Positions 1-15,000 of a stretch of 64,000 bases of DNA are shown piece after piece. The stretch comes from Eledone cirrhosa (Eukaryota). Below the pieces are notes generated by a model. That model did no database searches. It was not told where the DNA came from and saw nothing but the letters and a program-made list of their open reading frames with translations. Where the stretch lies: positions 373,550,001-373,614,000 of the forward strand of contig OZ024742.1 in assembly GCA_964016885.1 (NCBI GenBank), read 5' to 3'. The translations under genes were made by a program, and so were the position numbers. How positions within the stretch are numbered: position 1 is the first letter of the stretch; each line of letters opens with the position of its first letter.

Positions 1-3000
1 CCCACAAGCCACATAACTCTGATAGTCCCACAAGCCACATACTTCTGATAGTCCCACAAGCCACATACCTCTGATAGTCTCACAAGCCACATACCTCTGA
101 TAGTCCCACTAGCCACATACCTCTGACAGTCCCACAAGCTACATACCTCTCATAGTCCCACAAGCCACATACCTCACATAGTCCAACACGCCACATATTA
201 GTTTGATAGTCCCACAAGCCACATACCTCTGATAGTCCCACAAACCTCATACCTCTGATAGTCCCACAAGCCACATATTAGTCTGATAGTCCCACAGGTC
301 ACATACTTCTGATAGTCCCACAAACCACATATCTCTGATAGTCCCACAACCCACATATTAGTCTGATAGTCCATCAAGCCAGATACCTCTGATAGTCCCA
401 CAAGCCACATACCTCTGATAGTCCCACAAGTCACATACCTCTGATAGTCCCACAAGTCACATACCTCTGATAGTCCCACAAGCCACATACCTCTGATAGT
501 ACCACAAGCCACATACCTCTGATTGTCCCACAAGCCACATACCTCTGATAGTCCCACAAGGCACATACCTCTGATAGTCCCACAAGCCACATATTAGTCT
601 GATAGTCCCACAAGCCACATACCTCTGATAGTCCCACAAGCCACATATTAGTCTGATAGTCCCACAAGTCACATACCTCTGATTGTCCCACAAGTCACAT
701 ACCTCTGATAGTCTTACAAGCCACATATTAGTATGATAGTCCCACAAGCCACATGCCTCTGATAGTCCCACAAGCCACATATTAGTCTGATAGTCCCACA
801 AGTCACATACCTCTGATAGTCCCACAAGCCACATATTAGTCTGATAGTCCCACAAATCACATACCTTTGATAGTCCCACAAGCCACATATTAATCTGATA
901 GTCCCACAAGCCACATACCTCTGATAGTCCCACAAGCCACATATTAGTCTGATAGTCCCACAAGCCACATACCTCTGATAGTCCCACAAGCCACATACCT
1001 CTGATAGTCCCACAAGCCACATACCTCTGATAGTCCCACAAGCCACATACCTCTGATAGTCCCACAAGTCACATACCTTTGGTAGTCCTACAAGCAACAT
1101 ATTAATCTGATAGTCCCACAAACCACATATCTCTGATAGTCCCACACGCAACATATTAGTCTGATAGTCCCACAAGCCACATACTTCTGATAGTCCCACA
1201 AGCCACATATTAGTCTGATAGTCCCACAAGCCACATACCTCTGATAGTCTCACAAGCCACATATTAGTCTGATAGTCCCACAAGTCACATACCTCTGATA
1301 GTCCCACAAGTCACATACCTCTTATAGTCCCACAAACCACATACTTCTGATAGTCCCACAAGCCACATATTAGTCTGATAGTCCCACAAGCCACATACCT
1401 CTGATAGTCCCACAAGCCACATACCTCTGATAGTCCCACAAGCCACATATTAGTCTGATAGTCCCACAAGTCACATACCTCTGATAGTCCCACAAACCAC
1501 ATATTAGTCTGATAGTTCCACAAGCGACATACCTCTGATAGTCCCACAAGCCACATATTAGTCTGATAGTCCCACAGGTCACATATCTCTGATAGTCCCA
1601 CAAGCGACATACCTCTGATAGTCCCACAAGCCACATACCTCTGATAGTCCCACAAGCCACATACCTCTGATAGTCTCACAAGCCACATACCTCTGATAGT
1701 CCCACTAGCCACATACCTCTGATAGTCCCACAAGCTACATACCTCTCATAGTCCCACAAGCCACATACCTCTCATAGTCCAACACGCCACATATTAGTTT
1801 GATAGTCCCACAAGCCACATACCTCTGATAGTCCCACAAACCACATACCTCTGATAGGCCCACAAGCCGCATATTAGTCTGATAGTCCCACAGGTCACAT
1901 ACCTCTGATAGTCCCACAAGCCACATACCTCTGATAGTCCCACAAGCCACATATTAGTCTGATAGTCCCAGAAATCACATACCTCTGATAGTCCCACAAG
2001 CTACATATTAGTCTGATAGTCCCTCAAGTCACATACCTCTGATAGTCCCACAAGCCACATACCTCTGATAGTCCCACAAGCCACATACCTCTGATAGTCT
2101 CACAAGCCACATACCTCTGATAGTCCCACTAGCCACATACCTCTGATAGTCCCACAAGCTACATACCTCTCATAGTCCCACAAGCCACATACCTCTCATA
2201 GTCCAACACGCCACATATTAGTTTGATAGTCCCACAAGCCACATACCTCTGATAGTCTTACAAGCCACATATTAGTATGATAGTCCCACAAGCCACATGC
2301 CTCTGATAGTCCCACAAGCCACATATTAGTCTGATAGTCCCACAAGCCACATACCTCTGATAGTCCCACAAGCCACATACCTCTGATAGTCCCACAAGTC
2401 ACATACCTTTGGTAGTCCTACAAGCAACATATTAATCTGATAGTCCCACAAACCACATACCTCTGATAGTCCCACACGCAACATATTAGTCTGATAGTCC
2501 CACAAGCCACATACTTCTGATAGTCCCACAAGCCACATATTAGTCTGATAGTCCCACAAGCCACATACCTCTGATAGTCTCACAAGCCACATATTAGTCT
2601 GATAGTCCCACAAGTCACATACCTCTTATAGTCCCACAAACCACATACTTCTGATAGTCCCACAAGCCACATACCTCTGATAGTCCCACAAGCCACATAT
2701 TAGTCTGATAGTCCCACAAGCCACATACCTCTGATAGTCCCACAAGCCACATACCTCTGATAGTCCCACAAGCCACATATTAGTCTGATAGTCCCACAAG
2801 TCACATACCTCTGATAGTCCCACAAACCACATATTAGTCTGATAGTTCCACAAGCCACATACCTCTGATAGTCCCACAAGCCACATATTAGTCTGATAGT
2901 CCCACAGGTCACATATCTCTGATAGTCCCACAAGCGACATACCTCTGATAGTACCACAAGCCACATACCTCTGATTGTCCCACAAGCCACATACCTCTGA

Positions 3001-6000
3001 TAGTCCCACAAGGCACATACCTCTGATAGTCCCACAAGCCACATATTAGTCTGATAGTCCCACAAGCCACATACCTCTGATAGTCCCACAAGCCACATAT
3101 TAGTCTGATAGTCCCACAAGTCACATACCTCTGATAGTCCCACAAGCCACATACCTCTGATAGTACCACAAGCCACATACCTCTGATTGTCCCACAAGCC
3201 ACATACCTCTGATAGTCCCACAAGGCACATACCTCTGATAGTCCCACAAGCCACATATTAGTCTGATAGTCCCACAAGCCACATACCTCTGATAGTCCCA
3301 CAAGCCACATATTAGTCTGATAGTCCCACAAGTCACATACCTCTGATTGTCCCACAAGCCACATATTAGTCTGATAGTCCCACAAGTCACATACCTCTGA
3401 TAGTCTTACAAGCCACATATTAGTATGATAGTCCCACAAGCCACATGCCTCTGATAGTCCCACAAGCCACATATTAGTCTGATAGTCCCACAAGTCACAT
3501 ACCTCTGATAGTCCCACAAGCCACATATTAGTCTGATAGTCCCACAAATCACATACCTTTGATAGTCCCACAAGCCACATATTAATCTGATAGTCCCACA
3601 AGCCACATACCTCTGATAGTCCCACAAGCCACATATTAGTCTGATAGTCCCACAAGCCACATACCTCTGATAGTCCCACAAGCCACATACCTCTGATAGT
3701 CCCACAAGCCACATACCTCTGATAGTCCCACAAGCCACATACCTCTGATAGTCCCACAAGTCACATATCTTTGGTAGTCCTACAAGCAACATATTAATCT
3801 GATAGTCCCACAAACCACATACCTCTGATAGTCCCACACGCAACATATTAGTCTGATAGTCCCACAAGCCACATACTTCTGATAGTCCCACAAGCCACAT
3901 ATTAGTCTGATAGTCCCACAAGCCACATACCTCTGATAGTCTCACAAGCCACATATTAGTCTGATAGTCCCACAAGTCACATACCTCTTATAGTCCCACA
4001 AGCCACATACTTCTGATAGTCCCACAAGCCACATACCTCTGATAGTCCCACAAGCCACATATTAGTCTGATAGTCCCACAAGCGACATACCTCTGATAGT
4101 CCCACAAGCCACATACCTCTGATAGTCCCACAAGCCACATACCTCTGATAGTCTCACAAGCCACATACCTCTGATAGTCCCACTAGCCACATACCTCTGA
4201 TAGTCCCACAAGCTACATACCTCTCATAGTCCAACACGCCACATATAATTTTGATAGTCCCACAAGCCACATACCTCTGATAGTCCCACAAACCACATAC
4301 CTCTGATAGTCCCACAAGCCGCATATTAGTCTGATAGTCCCACAGGTCACATACCTCTGATAGTCCCACAAACCACATACCTCTGATAGTCCCACAAGCC
4401 ACATATTAGTCTGATAGTCCCACAAGTCACATACCTCTGATAGTCCCATAAGCCACATATTAATCTGATAGTCCCACAAGCCACATACATCTGATAGCCC
4501 CACAAGCCACATACCTCTGATAGTCCCACAAACCACATATTAGTCTGATAGTTCCACAAGCCACATCCCTCTGATAGTCCCACAAGCCAGATAATTGTCT
4601 GATAGTCCCACAGGTCACATATCTCTGATAGTCCCACAAGCCACATAACTCTGATAGTCCCACAAGCCACATACTTCTGATAGTCCCACAAGCCACATAC
4701 CTCTGATAGTCTCACAAGCCACATACCTCTGATAGTCCCACTAGCCACATACCTCTGACAGTCCCACAAGCTACATACCTCTCATAGTCCCACAAGCCAC
4801 ATACCTCACATAGTCCAACACGCCACATATTAGTTTGATAGTCCCACAAGCCACATACCTCTGATAGTCCCACAAACCACATACCTCTGATAGTCCCACA
4901 AGCCACATATTAGTCTGATAGTCCCACAGGTCACATACTTCTGATAGTCCCACAAACCACATATCTCTGATAGTCCCACAACCCACATATTAGTCTGATA
5001 GTCCATCAAGCCACATACCTCTGATAGTCCCACAAGCCACATACCTCTGATAGTCCCACAAGCCACATACCTCTGATAGTCCCACAAGCCACATACCTCT
5101 GATAGTCCCACAAGTCACATACCTTTGGTAGTCCTACAAGCAACATATTAATCTGATAGTCCCACAAACCACATATCTCTGATAGTCCCACACGCAACAT
5201 ATTAGTCTGATAGTCCCACAAGCCACATACTTCTGATAGTCCCACAAGCCACATATTAGTCTGATAGTGCCACAAGCCACATACCTCTGATAGTCTCACA
5301 AGCCACATATTAGTCTGATAGTCCCACAAGTCACATACCTCTGATAGTCCCACAAGTCACATACCTCTTATAGTCCCACAAACCACATACTTCTGATAGT
5401 CCCACAAGCCACATATTAGTCTGATAGTCCCACAAGCCACATACCTCTGATAGTCCCACAAGCCACATACCTCTGATAGTCCCACAAGCCACATATTAGT
5501 CTGATAGTCCCACAAGTCACATACCTCTGATAGTCCCACAAACCACATATTAGTCTGATAGTTCCACAAGCGACATACCTCTGATAGTCCCACAAGCCAC
5601 ATATTAGTCTGATAGTCCCACAGGTCACATATCTCTGATAGTCCCACAAGCGACATACCTCTGATAGTCCCACAAGCCACATACCTCTGATAGTCCCACA
5701 AGCCACATACCTCTGATAGTCTCACAAGCCACATACCTCTGATAGTCCCACTAGCCACATACCTCTGATAGTCCCACAAGCTACATACCTCTCATAGTCC
5801 CACAAGCCACATACCTCTCATAGTCCAACACGCCACATATTAGTTTGATAGTCCCACAAGCCACATACCTCTGATAGTCCCACAAACCACATACCTCTGA
5901 TAGGCCCACAAGCCGCATATTAGTCTGATAGTCCCACAGGTCACATACCTCTGATAGTCCCACAAGCCACATACCTCTGATAGTCCCACAAGCCACATAT

Positions 6001-9000
6001 TAGTCTGATAGTCCCAGAAATCACATACCTCTGATAGTCCCACAAGCTACATATTAGTCTGATAGTCCCTCAAGTCACATACCTCTGATAGTCCCACAAG
6101 CCACATACCTCTGATAGTCCCACAAGCCACATACCTCTGATAGTCTCACAAGCCACATACCTCTGATAGTCCCACTAGCCACATACCTCTGATAGTCCCA
6201 CAAGCTACATACCTCTCATAGTCCCACAAGCCACATACCTCTCATAGTCCAACACGCCACATATTAGTTTGATAGTCCCACAAGCCACATACCTCTGATA
6301 GTCTTACAAGCCACATATTAGTATGATAGTCCCACAAGCCACATGCCTCTGATAGTCCCACAAGCCACATATTAGTCTGATAGTCCCACAAGCCACATAC
6401 CTCTGATAGTCCCACAAGCCACATACCTCTGATAGTCCCACAAGTCACATACCTTTGGTAGTCCTACAAGCAACATATTAATCTGATAGTCCCACAAACC
6501 ACATACCTCTGATAGTCCCACACGCAACATATTAGTCTGATAGTCCCACAAGCCACATACTTCTGATAGTCCCACAAGCCACATATTAGTCTGATAGTCC
6601 CACAAGCCACATACCTCTGATAGTCTCACAAGCCACATATTAGTCTGATAGTCCCACAAGTCACATACCTCTTATAGTCCCACAAACCACATACTTCTGA
6701 TAGTCCCACAAGCCACATACCTCTGATAGTCCCACAAGCCACATATTAGTCTGATAGTCCCACAAGCCACATACCTCTGATAGTCCCACAAGCCACATAC
6801 CTCTGATAGTCCCACAAGCCACATATTAGTCTGATAGTCCCACAAGTCACATACCTCTGATAGTCCCACAAACCACATATTAGTCTGATAGTTCCACAAG
6901 CCACATACCTCTGATAGTCCCACAAGCCACATATTAGTCTGATAGTCCCACAGGTCACATATCTCTGATAGTCCCACAAGCGACATACCTCTGATAGTCC
7001 CACAAGCCACATACCTCTGATAGTCCCACAAGCCACATACCTCTGATAGTCTCACAAGCCACATACCTCTGATAGTCCCACTAGCCACATACCTCTGATA
7101 GTCCCACAAGCTACATACCTCTCATAGTCCAACACGCCACATATAATTTTGATAGTCCCACAAGCCACATACCTCTGATAGTCCCACAAACCACATACCT
7201 CTGATAGTCCCACAAGCCGCATATTAGTCTGATAGTCCCACAGGTCACATACCTCTGATAGTCCCACAAACCACATACCTCTGATAGTCCCACAAGCCAC
7301 ATATTAGTCTGATAGTCCCACAAGTCACATACCTCTGATAGTCCCATAAGCCACATATTAATCTGATAGTCCCCCAAGCCACATACATCTGATAGCCCCA
7401 CAAGCCACATACCTCTGATAGTCCCACAAACCACATATTAGTCTGATAGTTCCACAAGCCACATACCTCTGATAGTCCCACAAGCCAGATAATTGTCTGA
7501 TAGTCCCACAGGTCACATATCTCTGATAGTCCCACAAGACACATACCTCTGATAGTCCCACAAGCCACATACCTCTGATAGTCCCACAAGCCACATACCT
7601 CTGATAGTCTCACAAGCCACATACCTCTGATAGTCCCACTAGCCACATACCTCTGACAGTCCCACTAGCTACATACCTCTCATAGTCCCACAAGCCACAT
7701 ACCTCACATAGTCCAACACGCCACATATTAGTTTGTTAGTCCCACAAGCCACATACCTCTGATAGTCCCACAAACCACATACCTCTGATAGTCCCACAAG
7801 CCACATATTAGTCTGATAGTCCCACAGGTCACATACTTCTGATAGTCCCACAAACCACATATCTCTGATAGTCCCACAACCCACATATTAGTCTGATAGT
7901 CCATCAAGCCACATACCTCTGATAGTCCCACAAGCCACATACCTCTGATAGTCCCACAAGTCACATACCTCTGATAGTCCCACAAGTCACATACCTCTGA
8001 TAGTCCCACAAGCCACATACCTCTGATAGTACCACAAGCCACATACCTCTGATTGTCCCACAAGCCACATACCTCTGATAGTCCCACAAACCACATATTA
8101 GTCTGATAGTTCCACAAGCCACATACCTCTGATAGTCCCACAAGCCACATATTAGTCTGATAGTCCCACAGGTCACATATCTCTGATAGTCCCACAAGCG
8201 ACATACCTCTGATAGTCCCACAAGCCACATACCTCTGATAGTCCCACAAGCCACATACCTCTGATAGTCTCACAAGCCACATACCTCTGATAGTCCCACT
8301 AGCCACATACCTCTGATAGTCCCACAAGCCACATACCTCTGATAGTCCCACAAGTCACATACCTTTGGTAGTCCTACAAGCAACATATTAATCTGATAGT
8401 CCCACAAACCACATACCTCTGATAGTCCCACACGCAACATATTAGTCTGATAGTCCCACAAGCCACATACTTCTGATAGTCCCACAAGCCACATATTAGT
8501 CTGATAGTCCCACAAGCCACATACCTCTGATAGTCTCACAAGCCACATATTAGTCTGATAGTCCCACAAGTCACATACCTCTTATAGTCCCACAAACCAC
8601 ATACTTCTGATAGTCCCACAAGCCACATACCTCTGATAGTCCCACAAGCCACATATTAGTCTGATAGTCCCACAAGCCACATACCTCTGATAGTCCCACA
8701 AGCCACATACCTCTGATAGTCCCACAAGCCACATATTAGTCTGATAGTCCCACAAGTCACATACCTCTGATAGTCCCACAAACCACATATTAGTCTGATA
8801 GTTCCACAAGCCACATACCTCTGATAGTCCCACAAGCCACATATTAGTCTGATAGTCCCACAGGTCACATATCTCTGATAGTCCCACAAGCGACATACCT
8901 CTGATAGTCCCACAAGCCACATACCTCTGATAGTCCCACAAGCCACATACCTCTGATAGTCTCACAAGCCACATACCTCTGATAGTCCCACTAGCCACAT

Positions 9001-12000
9001 ACCTCTGATAGTCCCACAAGCTACATACCTCTCATAGTCCAACACGCCACATATAATTTTGATAGTCCCACAAGCCACATACCTCTGATAGTCCCACAAA
9101 CCACATACCTCTGATAGTCCCACAAGCCGCATATTAGTCTGTTAGTCCCACAGGTCACATACCTCTGATAGTCCCACAAACCACATACCTCTGATAGTCC
9201 CACAAGCCACATATTAGTCTGATAGTCCCACAAGTCACATACCTCTGATAGTCCCATAAGCCACATATTAATCTGATAGTCCCACAAGCCACATACATCT
9301 GATAGCCCCACAAGCCACATACCTCTGATAGTCCCACAAACCACATATTAGTCTGATAGTTCCACAAGCCACATACCTCTGATAGTCCCACAAGCCAGAT
9401 AATTGTCTGATAGTCCCACAGGTCACATATCTCTGATAGTCCCACAAGACACATACCTCTGATAGTCCCACAAGCCACATACCTCTGATAGTCCCACAAG
9501 CCACATACCTCTGATAGTCTCACAAGCCACATACCTCTGATAGTCCCACTAGCCACATACCTCTGACAGTCCCACTAGCTACATACCTCTCATAGTCCCA
9601 CAAGCCACATACCTCACATAGTCCAACACGCCACATATTAGTTTGATAGTCCCACAAGCCACATACCTCTGATAGTCCCACAAACCACATACCTCTGATA
9701 GTCCCACAAGCCACATATTAGTCTGATATCCCACAGGTCACATACTTCTGATAGTCCCACAAACCACATATCTCTGATAGTCCCACAACCCACATATTAG
9801 TCTGATAGTCCATCAAGCCACATACCTCTGATAGTCCCACAAGCCACATACCTCTGATAGTCCCACAAGTCACATACCTCTGATAGTCCCACAAGTCACA
9901 TACCTCTGATAGTCCCACAAGCCACATACCTCTGATAGTACCACAAGCCACATACCTCTGATTGTCCCACAAGCCACATACCTCTGATAGTCCCACAAAC
10001 CACATATTAGTCTGATAGTTCCACAAGCCACATACCTCTGATAGTCCCACAAGCCACATATTAGTCTGATAGTCCCACAGGTCACATATCTCTGATAGTC
10101 CCACAAGCGACATACCTCTGATAGTCCCACAAGCCACATACCTCTGATAGTCCCACAAGCCACATACCTCTGATAGTCTCACAAGCCACATACCTCTGAT
10201 AGTCCCACTAGCCACATACCTCTGATAGTCCCACAAGCTACATACCTCTCATAGTCCAACACGCCACATATAATTTTGATAGTCCCACAAGCCACATACC
10301 TCTGATAGTCCCACAAACCACATACCTCTGATAGTCCCACAAGCCGCATATTAGTCTGATAGTCCCACAGGTCACATACCTCTGATAGTCCCACAAACCA
10401 CATACCTCTGATAGTCCCACAAGCCACATATTAGTCTGATAGTCCCACAAGTCACATACCTCTGATAGTCCCATAAGCCACATATTAATCTGATAGTCCC
10501 ACAAGCCACATACATCTGATAGCCCCACAAGCCACATACCTCTGATAGTCCCACAAACCACATATTAGTCTGATAGTTCCACAAGCCACATACCTCTGAT
10601 AGTCCCACAAGCCAGATAATTGTCTGATAGTCCCACAGGTCACATATCTCTGATAGTCCCACAAGACACATACCTCTGATAGTCCCACAAGCCACATACC
10701 TCTGATAGTCCCACAAGCCACATACCTCTGATAGTCTCACAAGCCACATACCTCTGATAGTCCCACTAGCCACATACCTCTGACAGTCCCACAAGCTACA
10801 TACCTCTCATAGTCCCACAAGCCACATACCTCACATAGTCCAACACGCCACATATTAGTTTGATAGTCCCACAAGCCACATACCTCTGATAGTCCCACAA
10901 ACCACATACCTCTGATAGTCCCACAAGCCACATATTAGTCTGATAGTCCCACAGGTCACATACTTCTGATAGTCCCACAAACCACATATCTCTGATAGTC
11001 CCACAACCCACATATTAGTCTGATAGTCCATCAAGCCACATACCTCTGATAGTCCCACAAGCCACATACCTCTGATAGTCCCACAAGTCACATACCTCTG
11101 ATAGTCCCACAAGTCACATACCTCTGATAGTCCCACAAGCCACATACCTCTGATAGTACCACAAGCCACATACCTCTGATTGTCCCACAAGCCACATACC
11201 TCTGATAGTCCCACAAGGCACATACCTCTGATAGTCCCACAAGCCACATATTAGTCTGATAGTCCCACAAGCCACATACCTCTGATAGTCCCACAAGCCA
11301 CATATTAGTCTGATAGTCCCACAAGTCACATACCTCTGATTGTCCCACAAGCCACATATTAGTCTGATAGTCCCACAAGTCACATACCTCTGATAGTCCC
11401 ACAAGCCACATATTAGTCTGATAGTCCCACAAATCACATACCTTTGATAGTCCCACAAGCCACATATTAATCTGATAGTCCCACAAGCCACATACCTCTG
11501 ATAGTCCCACAAGCCACATATTAGTCTGATAGTCCCACAAGCCACATACCTCTGATAGTCCCACAAGCCACATACCTCTGATAGTCCCACAAGCCACATA
11601 CCTCTGATAGTCCCACAAGCCACATACCTCTGATAGTCCCACAAGTCACATACCTTTGGTAGTCCTACAAGCAACATATTAATCTGATAGTCCCACAAAC
11701 CACATATCTCTGATAGTCCCACACGCAACATATTAGTCTGATAGTCCCACAAGCCACATACTTCTGATAGTCCCACAAGCCACATATTAGTCTGATAGTC
11801 CCACAAGCCACATACCTCTGATAGTCTCACAAGCCACATATTAGTCTGATAGTCCCACAAGTCACATACCTCTGATAGTCCCACAAGTCACATACCTCTT
11901 ATAGTCCCACAAACCACATACTTCTGATAGTCCCACAAGCCACATATTAGTCTGATAGTCCCACAAGCCACATACCTCTGATAGTCCCACAAGCCACATA

Positions 12001-15000
12001 CCTCTGATAGTCCCACAAGCCACATATTAGTCTGATAGTCCCATAAGTCACATACCTCTGATAGTCCCACAAACCACATATTAGTCTGATAGTTCCACAA
12101 GCGACATACCTCTGATAGTCCCACAAGCCACATATTAGTCTGATAGTCCCACAGGTCACATATCTCTGATAGTCCCACAAGCGACATACCTCTGATAGTC
12201 CCACAAGCCACATACCTCTGATAGTCTCACAAGCCACATACCTCTGATAGTCCCACTAGCCACATACCTCTGATAGTCCCACAAGCTACATACCTCTCAT
12301 AGTCCCACAAGCCACATACCTCTCATAGTCCAACACGCCACATATTAGTCTGATAGTCCCACAAGCCACATACCTCTGATAGTCCCACAAGCCACATACC
12401 TCTGATAGTCCCACAAGCCACATATTAGTCTGATAGTCCCACAAGTCACATACCTCTGATAGTCCCACAAACCACATATTAGTCTGATAGTTCCACAAGC
12501 GACATACCTCTGATAGTCCCACAAGCCACATATTAGTCTGATAGTCCCACAAGCCACATACCTCTGATAGTCCCACAAGCCACATACCTCTGATAGTCCC
12601 ACAAGCCACATACCTCTGATAGTCTCACAAGCCACATACCTCTGATAGTCCCACTAGCCACATACCTCTGATAGTGCCACAAGCTACATACCTGTCATAG
12701 TCCCACAAGCCACATACCTCTCATAGTCCAACACGCCACATATTAGTTTGATAGTCCCACAAGCCACATACCTCTGATAGTCCCACAAACCACATACCTC
12801 TGATAGTCCCACAAGCCGCATATTAGTCTGATAGTCCCACAGGTCACATACCTCTGATAGTCCCACAAGCCACATACCTCTGATAGTCCCACAAGCCACA
12901 TATTAGTCTGATAGTCCCACAAATCACATACCTCTGATAGTCCCACAAGCTACATATTAGTCTGATAGTCCCACAAGTCACATACCTCTGATAGTCCCAC
13001 AAGCCACATACCTCTGATAGTCCCACAAGCCACATACCTCTGATAGTCTCACAAGCCACATACCTCTGATAGTCCCACTAGCCACATACCTCTGCTAGTC
13101 CCACAAGCTACATACCTCTCATAGTCCCACAAGCCACATACCTCTCATAGTCCAACACGCCACATATTAGTTTGATAGTCCCACAAGCCACATACCTCTG
13201 ATAGTCCCACAAACCACATACCTCTGATAGTCCCACAAGCCGCATATTAGTCTGATAGTCCCACAGGTCACATACCTCTGATAGTCCCACAAACCACATA
13301 CCTCTGATAGTCCCACAAGCCACATATTAGTCTGATAGTCCCACAAGTCACATACCTCTGATAGTCCCATAAGCCACATATTAATCTGATAGTCCCACAA
13401 GCCACATACATCTGATAGTCCCACAAGCCACATACCTCTGATAGTCCCACAAACCACATATTAGTCTGATAGTTCCACAAGCCACATACCTCTGATAGTC
13501 CCACAAGCCAGATAATTGTCTGATAGTCCCACAGGTCACATATCTCTGATAGTCCCACAAGCCACATACCTCTGATAGTCCCACAAGCCACATACCTCTG
13601 ATAGTCCCACAAGCCACATACCTCTGATAGTCTCACAAGCCACATACCTCTGATAGTCCCACTAGCCACATACCTCTGACAGTCCCACAAGCTACATACC
13701 TCTCATAGTCCCACAAGCCACATACCTCACATAGTCCAACACGCCACATATTAATCTGATAGTCCCACAAGCCACATACCTCTGATAGTCCCACAAACCA
13801 CATACCTCTGATAGTCCCACAAGCCACATATTAGTCTGATAGTCCCACAGGTCACATACTTCTGATAGTCCCACAAACCACATATCTCTGATAGTCCCAC
13901 AAGCCACATATTAGTCTGATAGTCCATCAAGCCACATACCTCTGATAGTCCCACAAGCCACATACCTCTGATAGTCCCACAAGTCACATACCTCTGATAG
14001 TCCCACAAGTCACATACCTCTGATAGTCCCACAAGCCACATACCTCTGATAGTCCCACAAGGCACATACCTCTGATAGTCCCACAAGCCACATATTAGTC
14101 TGATTGTCCCACAAGCCACATACCTCTGATAGTCCCACAAGCCACATATTAGTCTGATAGTCCCACAAGTCACATACCTCTGATTGTCCCACAAGCCACA
14201 TATTAGTTTGATAGTCCCACACGTCACATACCTCTGATAGTCTTACAAGCCACATATTAGTATGATAGTCCCACAAGCCACATGCCTCTGATAGTCCCAC
14301 AAGCCACATATTAGTCTGATAGTCCCACAAGTCACATACCTCTGATAGTCCCACAAGCCACATATTAGTCTGATAGTCCCACAAATCACATACCTTTGAT
14401 AGTCCCACAAGCCACATATTAATCTGATAGTCCCACAAGCCACATACCTCTGATAGTCTCACAAGCCACATATTAGTCTGATAGTCCCACAAGTCACATA
14501 CCTCTGATAGTTCCACAAGTCACATACCTCTTATAGTCCCACAAACCACATACTTCTGATAGTCCCACAAGCCACATACCTCTGATAGTCCCACAAGCCA
14601 CATATTAGTCTGATAGTCCCACAAGCCACATACCTCTGATAGTCCCACAAGCCACATACCTCTGATAGTCCCACAAGCCACATATTAGTCTGATAGTCCC
14701 ACAAGTCACATACCTCTGATAGTCCCACAAACCACATATTAGTCTGATAGTTCCACAAGCCACATACCTCTGATAGTCCCACAAGCCACATATTAGTCTG
14801 ATAGTCCCACAGGTCACATATCTCTGATAGTCCCACAAGCCACATACCTCTGATAGTCCCACAAGCCACATACCTCTGATAGTCTCACAAGCCACATATT
14901 AGTCTGATAGTCCCACAGGTCACATACCTCTGATAGTCCCACAAGCCACATACCTCTGATAGTCCCACAAGCCACATATTAGTCTGATAGTCCCACAAGT

